Shown here: positions 38,199-46,299 of the stretch, one piece after another | How the letters are laid out: each line of letters opens with the position of its first letter | How positions within the stretch are numbered: the first letter of the stretch is position 1 | IMG/VR virus record: IMGVR_UViG_3300027801_002650 | Coordinates: 1-64,000 of that record | Source of the DNA: a virus | Length of the DNA stretch: 64,000 bases | Direction: 5' to 3' (one strand) | Notes under the pieces: generated by a model | What the model saw: the letters and a program-made list of their open reading frames with translations, nothing else | Told to the model about the DNA's origin: nothing | The model's database searches: none | Translations under genes and position numbers: made by a program

Positions 38199-39298
38199 AA
38201 TTCTCACAAACTGACTTTACCAAAATCCCTTGGGACGATATTGAGATGGTGGGGCAATGGACGATGCTCCATCGCGACCTATTCAATGTGTCGTGGTTGC
38301 TTGGTAGATACTGTAACTACTCCTGCAGTTATTGCTGGCCGTATGCTTCAACCAAAAAGAAAGATTGGAGATCGGAAGACCTCGTACTGCTTACTATTGA
38401 AGAAATCAAACGACAGGCAAGAGAACGAGGATTTAACTCGTTCCACTTCTCATTCTCTGGTGGAGAACCCACCGTAGTTCCTACTCTTATTCCTCTCCTA
38501 GACAACCTCCGTGAAGATATTGGAAACTGTAACTGGCTGTCTACACACCTTACCTCTAACATTTCACGGAAAATGAAATGGTGGGAGGAATATTGCCAAC
38601 TAACTAAGGACTTTCATCGAGTATCAATCACAGCATCCTACCATAAAGAGCATATCAATACTCCTGAAAAGAGAGCAGACTTTGCTGATAAACTTGAATA
38701 TCTTCAGTCACAGGATGTGCAGGTAACGGTCAACTCAGTAATGATACCCGAGAGATTTGATCACCTCTGGGAAGACGCCAACTACTTCCATGAGAGGAAA
38801 ATCAACGTGACGTTGAAACCTCAGTCAGATCCCACAGCAAGTTTTGTGGTTGATGGATACACTGATGAGATGATGAATATACTTCACAATGGTTTACCTC
38901 AGCAAGATTTCACTGAAAGAAAAAGGCAGGTTGTCAGACCTACGTCAAAGTTCCCTCGCATGAAAGCGATTGACGGCCAACATTATCAGATTGAAATGCA
39001 GGACAAGGACGGGAAAACATGGCGACTTGACCAGGCAGAGAGGTTCAACTCCTTTGGTTTTAATAAGTTCAAAGGTTGGGACTGCTCATCAGGGTATCGT
39101 AGCATAATCATACGGGAACCTGACGGGTCGATCAAAAGAAGTTATAGCTGCTCGGACGAACCTTTGGGTTATATTAACAAAGGATTTAGATTATTTGATT
39201 CTCCTATGCCTTGCATCACTGATTCGTGTGTATCGAGTGCTGACTCTAAAATACCAAAACGGAAACCCTCGTCAAACGCAGATCTATGGTCCAGCTGA
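38189..39298 (+). CDS. radical SAM protein with C-terminal Cys-rich domain
   Basis: CNYSCSYC, SFSGGEPT; C-terminal FKGWDC...SC...CITDSC. Confidence 0.92.
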   Translation: MAVKFSQTDFTKIPWDDIEMVGQWTMLHRDLFNVSWLLGRYCNYSCSYCWPYASTKKKDWRSEDLVLLTIEEIKRQARERGFNSFHFSFSGGEPTVVPTLIPLLDNLREDIGNCNWLSTHLTSNISRKMKWWEEYCQLTKDFHRVSITASYHKEHINTPEKRADFADKLEYLQSQDVQVTVNSVMIPERFDHLWEDANYFHERKINVTLKPQSDPTASFVVDGYTDEMMNILHNGLPQQDFTERKRQVVRPTSKFPRMKAIDGQHYQIEMQDKDGKTWRLDQAERFNSFGFNKFKGWDCSSGYRSIIIREPDGSIKRSYSCSDEPLGYINKGFRLFDSPMPCITDSCVSSADSKIPKRKPSSNADLWSS

Positions 39299-39978
39299 AC
39301 ACCCTGAAGTGGGGAGATAAATACGACAATCAATATGTCAATCGACTGTACAGTCTACTTGGCAAGCACCTTGATCTGCCATTTGTCCTGAGAGTGTGGA
39401 CAGACAATAAGAAAGGTATTACCAATGAGTGCGAGTTTCGTGATATCCAAGATCTACGTCCATACGACACAGAACGAATGTTCACGTATGAAAAGTTAAT
39501 GCTAATAAATAATGATGAAGCAGATGTTAATGGTTGGCTAGACTTGGACATACATATCAACAAAAACATAACACATTTGGTATCTCGACCTCATCCTAAC
39601 ATTACTTTTATCTGGAACTATTGGAACAATTTTGCTGATATGAGTCTAGGACCTTATGGTAAAGGATCATCCTGTCACGTCAATAGTTCATTTGTATTTT
39701 GGGACAGGAACAAAGCGACGTGGTTACGTGAGTACACTGATCAAAACTGGGAGAAAATTGCTTGGACATACAAAAGTCTGGATAAGTATTTGTTCTATCA
39801 GCATGTAAGAAATAATAGATTGAGTTTTTGGGGTGATAATATATTCTCCAATTACAACGTGAATGGGGTAGAAGGATGCGTGACGTTGTTCAACACCTCC
39901 CACCTTTATAATAACAATATATCTGTAATGAAAAAACATTATGAACTCCACGAAACAGATTTATTCATGGTTAGTTAA
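39286..39978 (+). CDS. GT-A-fold glycosyltransferase-like protein
   Basis: LKWGDKY...YVNRL, WTD, DLD (DxD), NSSF. Confidence 0.7.
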   Translation: MVQLNTLKWGDKYDNQYVNRLYSLLGKHLDLPFVLRVWTDNKKGITNECEFRDIQDLRPYDTERMFTYEKLMLINNDEADVNGWLDLDIHINKNITHLVSRPHPNITFIWNYWNNFADMSLGPYGKGSSCHVNSSFVFWDRNKATWLREYTDQNWEKIAWTYKSLDKYLFYQHVRNNRLSFWGDNIFSNYNVNGVEGCVTLFNTSHLYNNNISVMKKHYELHETDLFMVS

Positions 39979-40348
39979 ACACGACGAACTAACCTTTGTC
40001 GCATGCAACGAGCTGGAACTGATGAGACAACTTGAAACCATGGGTGTAGAGGTCTGGAATATCAACTATGACATAAACTATAACACCGATGATAAAGTAA
40101 TCTGTAAAGATGCTATCTTTGATGACGTAGAGTTCCACGGATGCGTGGTTCATTGGAACTGCGAAAAGACCTACCCAATAGGCAGAATCCATAGTGGCGA
40201 GTTTATCCTCAGAGGAGACAACCAAAATCACAATGGTGACTGTAGTCCAATTAAAAACTGTGAACAACTGATTTCTCAGAATCAACTGAGTGAAGTTTAT
40301 GATATGTACCAGGATGGTGCTCACACATATGTATATGGAAGAACATGA
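39941..40348 (+). CDS. hypothetical protein, truncated methyltransferase-like
   Basis: VVHWNCEK...H..DC.PI...EQLI.QNQL resembles the C-terminal half of ORF 35508-36281. Confidence 0.5.
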   Translation: MNSTKQIYSWLVKHDELTFVACNELELMRQLETMGVEVWNINYDINYNTDDKVICKDAIFDDVEFHGCVVHWNCEKTYPIGRIHSGEFILRGDNQNHNGDCSPIKNCEQLISQNQLSEVYDMYQDGAHTYVYGRT

Positions 40349-40863
40349 CAATAGTCGTAATGGTTTGCACTGGCGATAAATACAATAAGAATGATGTTGC
40401 CAATATAGAATATCAATTGCACAACGTAGGGTTTGATTATGATCGTGCTCATGTAATCACAAGAGGCGAAGGATCAGTCTACGATAAACTCAAAATGTTT
40501 GAGCAATGTAAGAAAGACGAGAACTACGTCTACTTTGATTTAGACTTAATAATCAAAGATCCAATAGACGTGGTTAGAGATGAGTTTACTTTATTGTTTG
40601 CTTGGTGGAGACCGCCATTTCACACGCCACTTAACTCCTCAATAATGACATGGCGTGGTGACCGAAGTGATATAGCAAAAAACTTTAAACGAGAAAAATA
40701 TGACAAGGGAATAGACGAATATTTTTACAAAGAAGTCGAATATAAAATCTATGATAGAATAGCATGGTCTTGGTACTGGGACAAAAGAATGCACGATTTT
40801 CCTGTTTGTTTATTGAACCATAACGTAGAAACACCTGAATGGACTACAGAGTATATGCCGTAA
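40345..40863 (+). CDS. GT-A-fold glycosyltransferase-like protein
   Basis: GDKY, KL.MF, YFDLDLII (DxD), NSSIM.W. Confidence 0.7.
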   Translation: MTIVVMVCTGDKYNKNDVANIEYQLHNVGFDYDRAHVITRGEGSVYDKLKMFEQCKKDENYVYFDLDLIIKDPIDVVRDEFTLLFAWWRPPFHTPLNSSIMTWRGDRSDIAKNFKREKYDKGIDEYFYKEVEYKIYDRIAWSWYWDKRMHDFPVCLLNHNVETPEWTTEYMP

Positions 40864-41501
40864 GAATCGGGGAAGGGTACGGTCTCGAACACGAAACAAG
40901 ACTCGAAAAGCAGTTAGATATTAATTGGATTCGAGACGAAGAGGAAGGAGTTGCACTCCAATGGAACAAGCTAAGAGCATTCGAGGGCGAGGATTGCCCC
41001 GTGGTGCTAATCGACATTGACTTAGAGTTCATGAACGACTACAAAGATTTGTTTGAGTTGCCTGTTAAGAGGGGCGAGTTCCTGACTACAAAAAACTGGT
41101 ACGGGCAAGATAATCCTACAGCAATACATTACAAAATCGCAGGAGGATTTTACAAGTTTTGGCCAGAAGACACCAAATATATTTTAGATACGTTCAGAAA
41201 AGATAAACAATATTGGCAAAATCACTACATCGCTGAGGGAATAACCTGCGGACCTGTCAATGGGGAAATGAATTTTGTTGAAGATTGTGTCAGAGGGAGA
41301 ATCGGTGCCACCCCTCTGAAAATGAAATTTGTTCCAGATGCGTGGCATACTAAATGGAAAGATAAACCTGAAAAGGAATATATTTACCATATGTCAAAAT
41401 TATATGATAATGAATATTTATGGTTGGGAGATTTCCACCCCGATATTAAGCTGGTACACTACCAGCAGGGGAAAGATTTGCCTCATCATCAGGAACCTTA
41501 G
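40839..41501 (+). CDS. GT-A-fold glycosyltransferase-like protein
   Basis: RIG..YG, WNKL, LIDID (DxD), GGFYK, GE.NFV, KLVH. Confidence 0.65.
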   Translation: MDYRVYAVRIGEGYGLEHETRLEKQLDINWIRDEEEGVALQWNKLRAFEGEDCPVVLIDIDLEFMNDYKDLFELPVKRGEFLTTKNWYGQDNPTAIHYKIAGGFYKFWPEDTKYILDTFRKDKQYWQNHYIAEGITCGPVNGEMNFVEDCVRGRIGATPLKMKFVPDAWHTKWKDKPEKEYIYHMSKLYDNEYLWLGDFHPDIKLVHYQQGKDLPHHQEP

Positions 41502-42027
41502 TCATGACAGAATAATAAAGACTAAAAATCTCAAAGGGATCCTTGGACATGCGTATCCGTGATTTGATCTTTTTATCAGCATTCTGAACTTCCTCTTTCT
41601 CAAATATGTCCAACTTGAGTTTGAAGATATCCTCGCTTGTTGCTTGCTCTATAGTACTAAGAAAGACCTTCTCAACTACTTCTTTTATAACCACCTCTTT
41701 TACTGCTTGAGGAACTGCTGCTTCCTTGTTATTTGCTTTCCATTCTTTATACTCAGTGAATTCTTGGGCAGTTTCTGCCTCCATCACGTTCCATTCTTCA
41801 GTGGAAAGAGTTATCTTTCTTTCAAGTTCAGCATCACTACCATTTCCCCATTCCGGATCCATAAGGATTTCCTTAAAGGATTCCGAAGCATGGTCGACAA
41901 TAAAAATATCATGTTCATATTCACCGTATTCATTATGGCGAACGACCTCAATCGTGCTTGGGCGATCTAACTGTTTGTCTTCTTCTGGATTCGTTACCCA
42001 GTTTACCCATCTTGGTGTGTTTTTCAT
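41446..42027 (-). CDS. hypothetical protein
   Basis: Coupled to the upstream minus-strand gene; its 3' end overlaps the last island gene convergently. Confidence 0.7.
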   Translation of the reverse strand: MKNTPRWVNWVTNPEEDKQLDRPSTIEVVRHNEYGEYEHDIFIVDHASESFKEILMDPEWGNGSDAELERKITLSTEEWNVMEAETAQEFTEYKEWKANNKEAAVPQAVKEVVIKEVVEKVFLSTIEQATSEDIFKLKLDIFEKEEVQNADKKIKSRIRMSKDPFEIFSLYYSVMTKVPDDEANLSPAGSVPA

Positions 42028-42980
42028 ATTAGCTTAAAGTAATAGTTTGTTATATTTGAAGCACCACCACTTGGGGTTCGATGCGAAAAATAGTTTGGAT
42101 TCGAATAATTTTGTGACGTAGACGATGATTCCTGGCGTCTGTCACTCATAGAACCTCTGTTGGTTCCATTGTTCGTACCACCCATCCTATATTGTAATCT
42201 ACCACCTCCCGAAATATTTCTTTTGAGAATGGGTAGCAGTACATTTTGGATGAGACTCGAGCCAGTTGAAATATCCTGAGGATGGAAACCTTGTGATGCT
42301 CCTCCGACTGTCCATCGATGTGAAGTAGGAGAGGAAGGGGCATAAGGAGAAGGATCGCTCAAATTCCGTTTAAGATACAACCTGTATGTGGTTGATCCTG
42401 CAGAATATGTAGTATCGGTAAAAACAACTCCTTTGTCAGTCCACGTTCCCGAGCCACCATTGCTTGGTGTTCCAGTTCCTACTCTGTAAGTTCCTACCTC
42501 ATGTCCAGTTCTCATTATTGAAATAGCATCATTAACGATAGTATCTAAAAAATCTGTTTCGGTATTGATGTATTGGAACTGGTATCCACTTCCTTTATAA
42601 TAAAGAAATGATTGATCAGTAATAGTAGCAGCACTTGGCATACCAACGGCATCTAAGTTTTGTTGCCAACGACTACTTGATATTGTAGAAGTTGTAGTAC
42701 TGGGATATCCTGGATAATCTGTTCCAGTTCCACCACCTGCTGTGTTCGAGTTTGATGCAGCATTTCTTCTTGTATCGGTAGTAGATCCTCCAGCAGGGTT
42801 AAATATATCTGCTTTCCCTGTTCCTGTTGAAACTCCTCCAACTGCGCCAATTCCGCCACCATTCAAATAGTTACCGAATGCTACTGCCAAATTATATTTC
42901 AGGGCACCTATCTCTGAATCCGACCACTCCTTGAATCCGTTAAGTGTGTAATCCCATTTTATTGGTCTTCGTGTCGCCAT
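42024..42980 (-). CDS. putative virion structural protein (G/S/T-rich)
   Basis: Composition and position directly downstream of the fibre genes. Confidence 0.6.
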   Translation of the reverse strand: MATRRPIKWDYTLNGFKEWSDSEIGALKYNLAVAFGNYLNGGGIGAVGGVSTGTGKADIFNPAGGSTTDTRRNAASNSNTAGGGTGTDYPGYPSTTTSTISSSRWQQNLDAVGMPSAATITDQSFLYYKGSGYQFQYINTETDFLDTIVNDAISIMRTGHEVGTYRVGTGTPSNGGSGTWTDKGVVFTDTTYSAGSTTYRLYLKRNLSDPSPYAPSSPTSHRWTVGGASQGFHPQDISTGSSLIQNVLLPILKRNISGGGRLQYRMGGTNNGTNRGSMSDRRQESSSTSQNYSNPNYFSHRTPSGGASNITNYYFKLI

Positions 42981-42983
42981 ACA

Positions 42984-45900
42984 TTAAATTAGTCGATTGC
43001 CAGATGCGTCAAATACTCCGAAATCAATCCAGGTAGAGTTCCCGTCGCCATCTGTACATTGTAAAATTTTATTGGATGCTGCACTGGTTCCTGGACGAAT
43101 TCTGATTGCATCGTTTGAATCATCACCAATATCAATTCTTGTTCCTGTCAGAATTATAGCAGTATCAGTCATATCAAAATTTGATGCGCCAGTATCTAAA
43201 TTAATCTGCGTCGCACCATTTATTTGAAGAGAACCTGAAGTCCCGTTGATTATTGGGACAGTTATCGATGTAGTTACTCCAAGAGTATTATCTATCGTGG
43301 TAGCACCATCAATATTCATTGTGGAGTTGTGCTCAGAATGACCATCAACATCAAGGGTAGAGTTAAGAGTCGTTGCTCCGTCTACATCAAGTGTAGAGTT
43401 AAGAGTCGTTCCTCCGTCTACATCCATTGTACTATTAAATGTAACGGCTCCATCAGTATTTAGGGTGGAATCAAAATCAACTGATCCGTTTACCGTGAAG
43501 GAACTGTTAAAGACAACTGCACCTGTAACATTGGCAGTACCTCTGACTTTGAACTTGGCGTCGGGAGCATTACTTATATGAGTACCAACATCGCCCAAAT
43601 CATATGAATCACCGATGTATACGTTACCCGAGACACCCGAAGAACCTTTGTCGATTGTCATTATATGGTTTGAGTTCGAAACAAAAACCATATCATTTTC
43701 TGTATGCACAGAATCAGAAGCTACGCTAGCAGCATCAGTAGAAGAACCATACGGGTTAATAAAAGTATCGCCACCATTTTGTATATCCGACAAAACACCG
43801 AAACCAGCCCAGGTAGTTCCATCAGTCATCACACCTTCAAAGGCATTAATGTCTGTGTTAAATCTTACCGAACCTGCCCTGAGGCCATTTCCTGTAGTAG
43901 AAGGTCTTTGTGCAGTTGTACCTGTCGGCAACCTTACTACACTATTAGCACTTGTATGTAATGAAATCCAACTATTCGCTGAAATCAACATTTCTTCTGT
44001 GCCATCGGTAACAAAAGTCAAATCATTGAAGACGTGACTTGCGGCATTGATTACACTTGTTGCGTTTGTGGGATTACCATAAGGATTAATAAACGTATCT
44101 GAACCATCAGACGAGTCAACAAGACCACCAGTTCCTGACCACGTAGTTCCGTCGCCCAGTACAACTTCCATTGCATTGGTATCCATGTTGAAACGTAAGG
44201 ATCCTGCGTCATAACCTCCAGCAATAGCGGAAGGTCTTTCAGCAGTTGTGCCTCGTGGAATCTGAAGTACCCCATTCGAAGTAAATGATGCCCAACCAGT
44301 CGAATCGATGATAAATCTCTTATCCCCTGCAACAGTAACAATCACGTCGTCCAGAGTATGGACAGCATTCCCCTGTATCCCTACATGCGTTCCAGCAGGA
44401 TCATGCGAAAATGGATTGACATCATTGCCATAAACACTCAAAAATGTATTATTACCTGAACCAGATCCAGTATCAACTGTACCTGACCCGAGAGGCATAA
44501 AACGTAGACTGTCTGTACTTGAATCATCCTCAAATACACCTTCGTACACATTGAGTTCAGTATTAAATCGGATCATTCCGACTTGCATACCATCGCCCTG
44601 AGCATCAAGAGGATTTGTTGTGTCTCCACCTGCATCTGTTGATGGGAATCTTGGTTGCTCGGCAGTAGTACCCTTTGGTATTACTATACCACCATTAGAA
44701 GTGAAGTGGGCGTATCCAAGATTATCAATAAAGAATCTCTCAACTCCGTCAGTTACAAATACAATATCGTTGAGTGTATGCCCTGCAGCAGATACAACTG
44801 CTGTTGGGACTGATGGATTCCCGTATACATTTATGAAGGTATCAGATCCGTCATCGGAGTCAATCATAGAATGGAAAAGTGCCCAGTGTTTTGTAGTACC
44901 TCCACCTGCACTGGTCATTATTGATTCTAGACAGTTCAGCTCGCTGTTATATCGGAGTGATCCTTTGTAATCATCGATGTGAGGATTATCCCCTGATCCA
45001 CCACTTAGATTTGGTCTCTGTCCACTATTTCCTACAGGAAGTCCGAAAGCAGCAGTATTGTCTATTCTCATGTTATCAGAGAACGAAAAATACTGATCAG
45101 AATCTGTCCATTTTAAACTATGCTCTGTATTTCCTGGCAGTACAAGACCACCCGATGAAACAGCAGCATCAGACTGTGGACCTGCCCAAGAAAGAGTTGG
45201 GGAAAAAGTACCTACGATTGCACCGATAGGAGTTCCATCTGCGTTATTAATCGAAAACTCATAGATATCGTGGATTGCCTCGACTGCGTAGAGACCTTCT
45301 AGAGTGTTTTGAATATCGTTAACATTAGTAATCCAAAGCAACTCACCTACATTTAATCCATGCGGAACCTGTGCCCCTGTTCCAGTTGTAGTCTGGATGT
45401 TTGGCATTCTAATTCTAAGATTTGCTCCGTCGGATAGACATACGCATTCATTTCTTAAACCATTGACCATTCCAATATTAATTAACCTGTCTTCAATAGC
45501 AAGTGAGGTCGCATCGACTGAGGACTGTTGTCCGAGTATTGTCAGGTTACCGGAAATGGTAATATCTTTTTCAAATAATACATAGTCTTTAAAAACAGCA
45601 TTAACAACTGTGTTCGTTGTAGCAGCATTGATTGTAAATACAGGAAAGGCAGTTCCAGTGTTACCGACGTACATCTGAATAGTATCTTCATCAGTTCCTG
45701 GAGCATTTTCCACTTTGATTACAGTATCAACGTCTCTGTCGCCAAGTTCTCCACCACCCAATGTCTTCCAACTTATCGTGTTTTCGTTCCAGTATGTAAG
45801 AGTTCCTAAAGTAAGATCATATCGAAGCATTCCTGCTTCTGGATTTATCGGTGCTTCACCTGCTGTACCACGTGGTAATAATATAGCATCTGTAGTACGA

Positions 45901-46292
45901 CATATTAAGGATCGTATTCCTGACGGGTCGGTTATTGGATCGACAAGAACATCATTAGCAGTACCATAAGTATTGGATGCCTTATCCCAAGAACCAGCGT
46001 AGAACCCTGAAGTAGTTACGGCAGTGTTCGTATTTGTTTGTTCGCCATTTGCTAAGAAAAAGTATGATACATTTGAGGTGAAATTATTACCGGTAATGTC
46101 ATTGGCAACAAACGAAGCGAATTCGTCTCTAACTACCAGACGTGAAATGAGATCTGAATAATCGACATTCGTGTTTGACGATGTCGCATTATTTACACGT
46201 GAGATAGTTTGGTTGGTTAGCACCCTCCAGTCATCAAATGTGCTGATAGTATCTACTGTTGTTATTGGCTCTAAAGGTGTATATCCTGACAT
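42984..46292 (-). CDS. tail fibre-like structural protein with internal repeats
   Basis: N-terminal TFDDWR.LTN motif, about five P.G.T..RP...G..R(F/Y)N / DTFI repeats, and 12-aa STLDVDGATTLN repeats. Confidence 0.75.
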   Translation of the reverse strand: MSGYTPLEPITTVDTISTFDDWRVLTNQTISRVNNATSSNTNVDYSDLISRLVVRDEFASFVANDITGNNFTSNVSYFFLANGEQTNTNTAVTTSGFYAGSWDKASNTYGTANDVLVDPITDPSGIRSLICRTTDAILLPRGTAGEAPINPEAGMLRYDLTLGTLTYWNENTISWKTLGGGELGDRDVDTVIKVENAPGTDEDTIQMYVGNTGTAFPVFTINAATTNTVVNAVFKDYVLFEKDITISGNLTILGQQSSVDATSLAIEDRLINIGMVNGLRNECVCLSDGANLRIRMPNIQTTTGTGAQVPHGLNVGELLWITNVNDIQNTLEGLYAVEAIHDIYEFSINNADGTPIGAIVGTFSPTLSWAGPQSDAAVSSGGLVLPGNTEHSLKWTDSDQYFSFSDNMRIDNTAAFGLPVGNSGQRPNLSGGSGDNPHIDDYKGSLRYNSELNCLESIMTSAGGGTTKHWALFHSMIDSDDGSDTFINVYGNPSVPTAVVSAAGHTLNDIVFVTDGVERFFIDNLGYAHFTSNGGIVIPKGTTAEQPRFPSTDAGGDTTNPLDAQGDGMQVGMIRFNTELNVYEGVFEDDSSTDSLRFMPLGSGTVDTGSGSGNNTFLSVYGNDVNPFSHDPAGTHVGIQGNAVHTLDDVIVTVAGDKRFIIDSTGWASFTSNGVLQIPRGTTAERPSAIAGGYDAGSLRFNMDTNAMEVVLGDGTTWSGTGGLVDSSDGSDTFINPYGNPTNATSVINAASHVFNDLTFVTDGTEEMLISANSWISLHTSANSVVRLPTGTTAQRPSTTGNGLRAGSVRFNTDINAFEGVMTDGTTWAGFGVLSDIQNGGDTFINPYGSSTDAASVASDSVHTENDMVFVSNSNHIMTIDKGSSGVSGNVYIGDSYDLGDVGTHISNAPDAKFKVRGTANVTGAVVFNSSFTVNGSVDFDSTLNTDGAVTFNSTMDVDGGTTLNSTLDVDGATTLNSTLDVDGHSEHNSTMNIDGATTIDNTLGVTTSITVPIINGTSGSLQINGATQINLDTGASNFDMTDTAIILTGTRIDIGDDSNDAIRIRPGTSAASNKILQCTDGDGNSTWIDFGVFDASGNRLI
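43348..43424. repeat. 36-bp tandem repeat (2 copies plus a partial) encoding STLDVDGxTTLN
   Basis: acatcaag(g/t)gtagagttaagagtcgtt(g/c)ctccgtct x2, with 2 mismatches. Confidence 0.8.
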
Positions 46293-46299
46293 TTAATCC

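Larger units (their letters stand above)
12363..41501 (+). other. 35-gene enzyme island / putative biosynthetic or modification cluster with 14 radical SAM genes
   Basis: All genes are on the + strand, overlapping or a few nt apart, and the block is inserted antisense within the virion module. Confidence 0.9.

Noticed and set aside
12363-41501. The island as a mobile element or host-derived contaminant
   Set aside because: No integrase, transposase or terminal repeats were seen. It shares promoter motifs with the phage, and its last gene overlaps a phage-strand gene.
12363-41501. A classical RiPP cluster with a precursor peptide
   Set aside because: No leader/core-type short ORF, peptidase or exporter was recognised, and there is almost no intergenic space to hide one.
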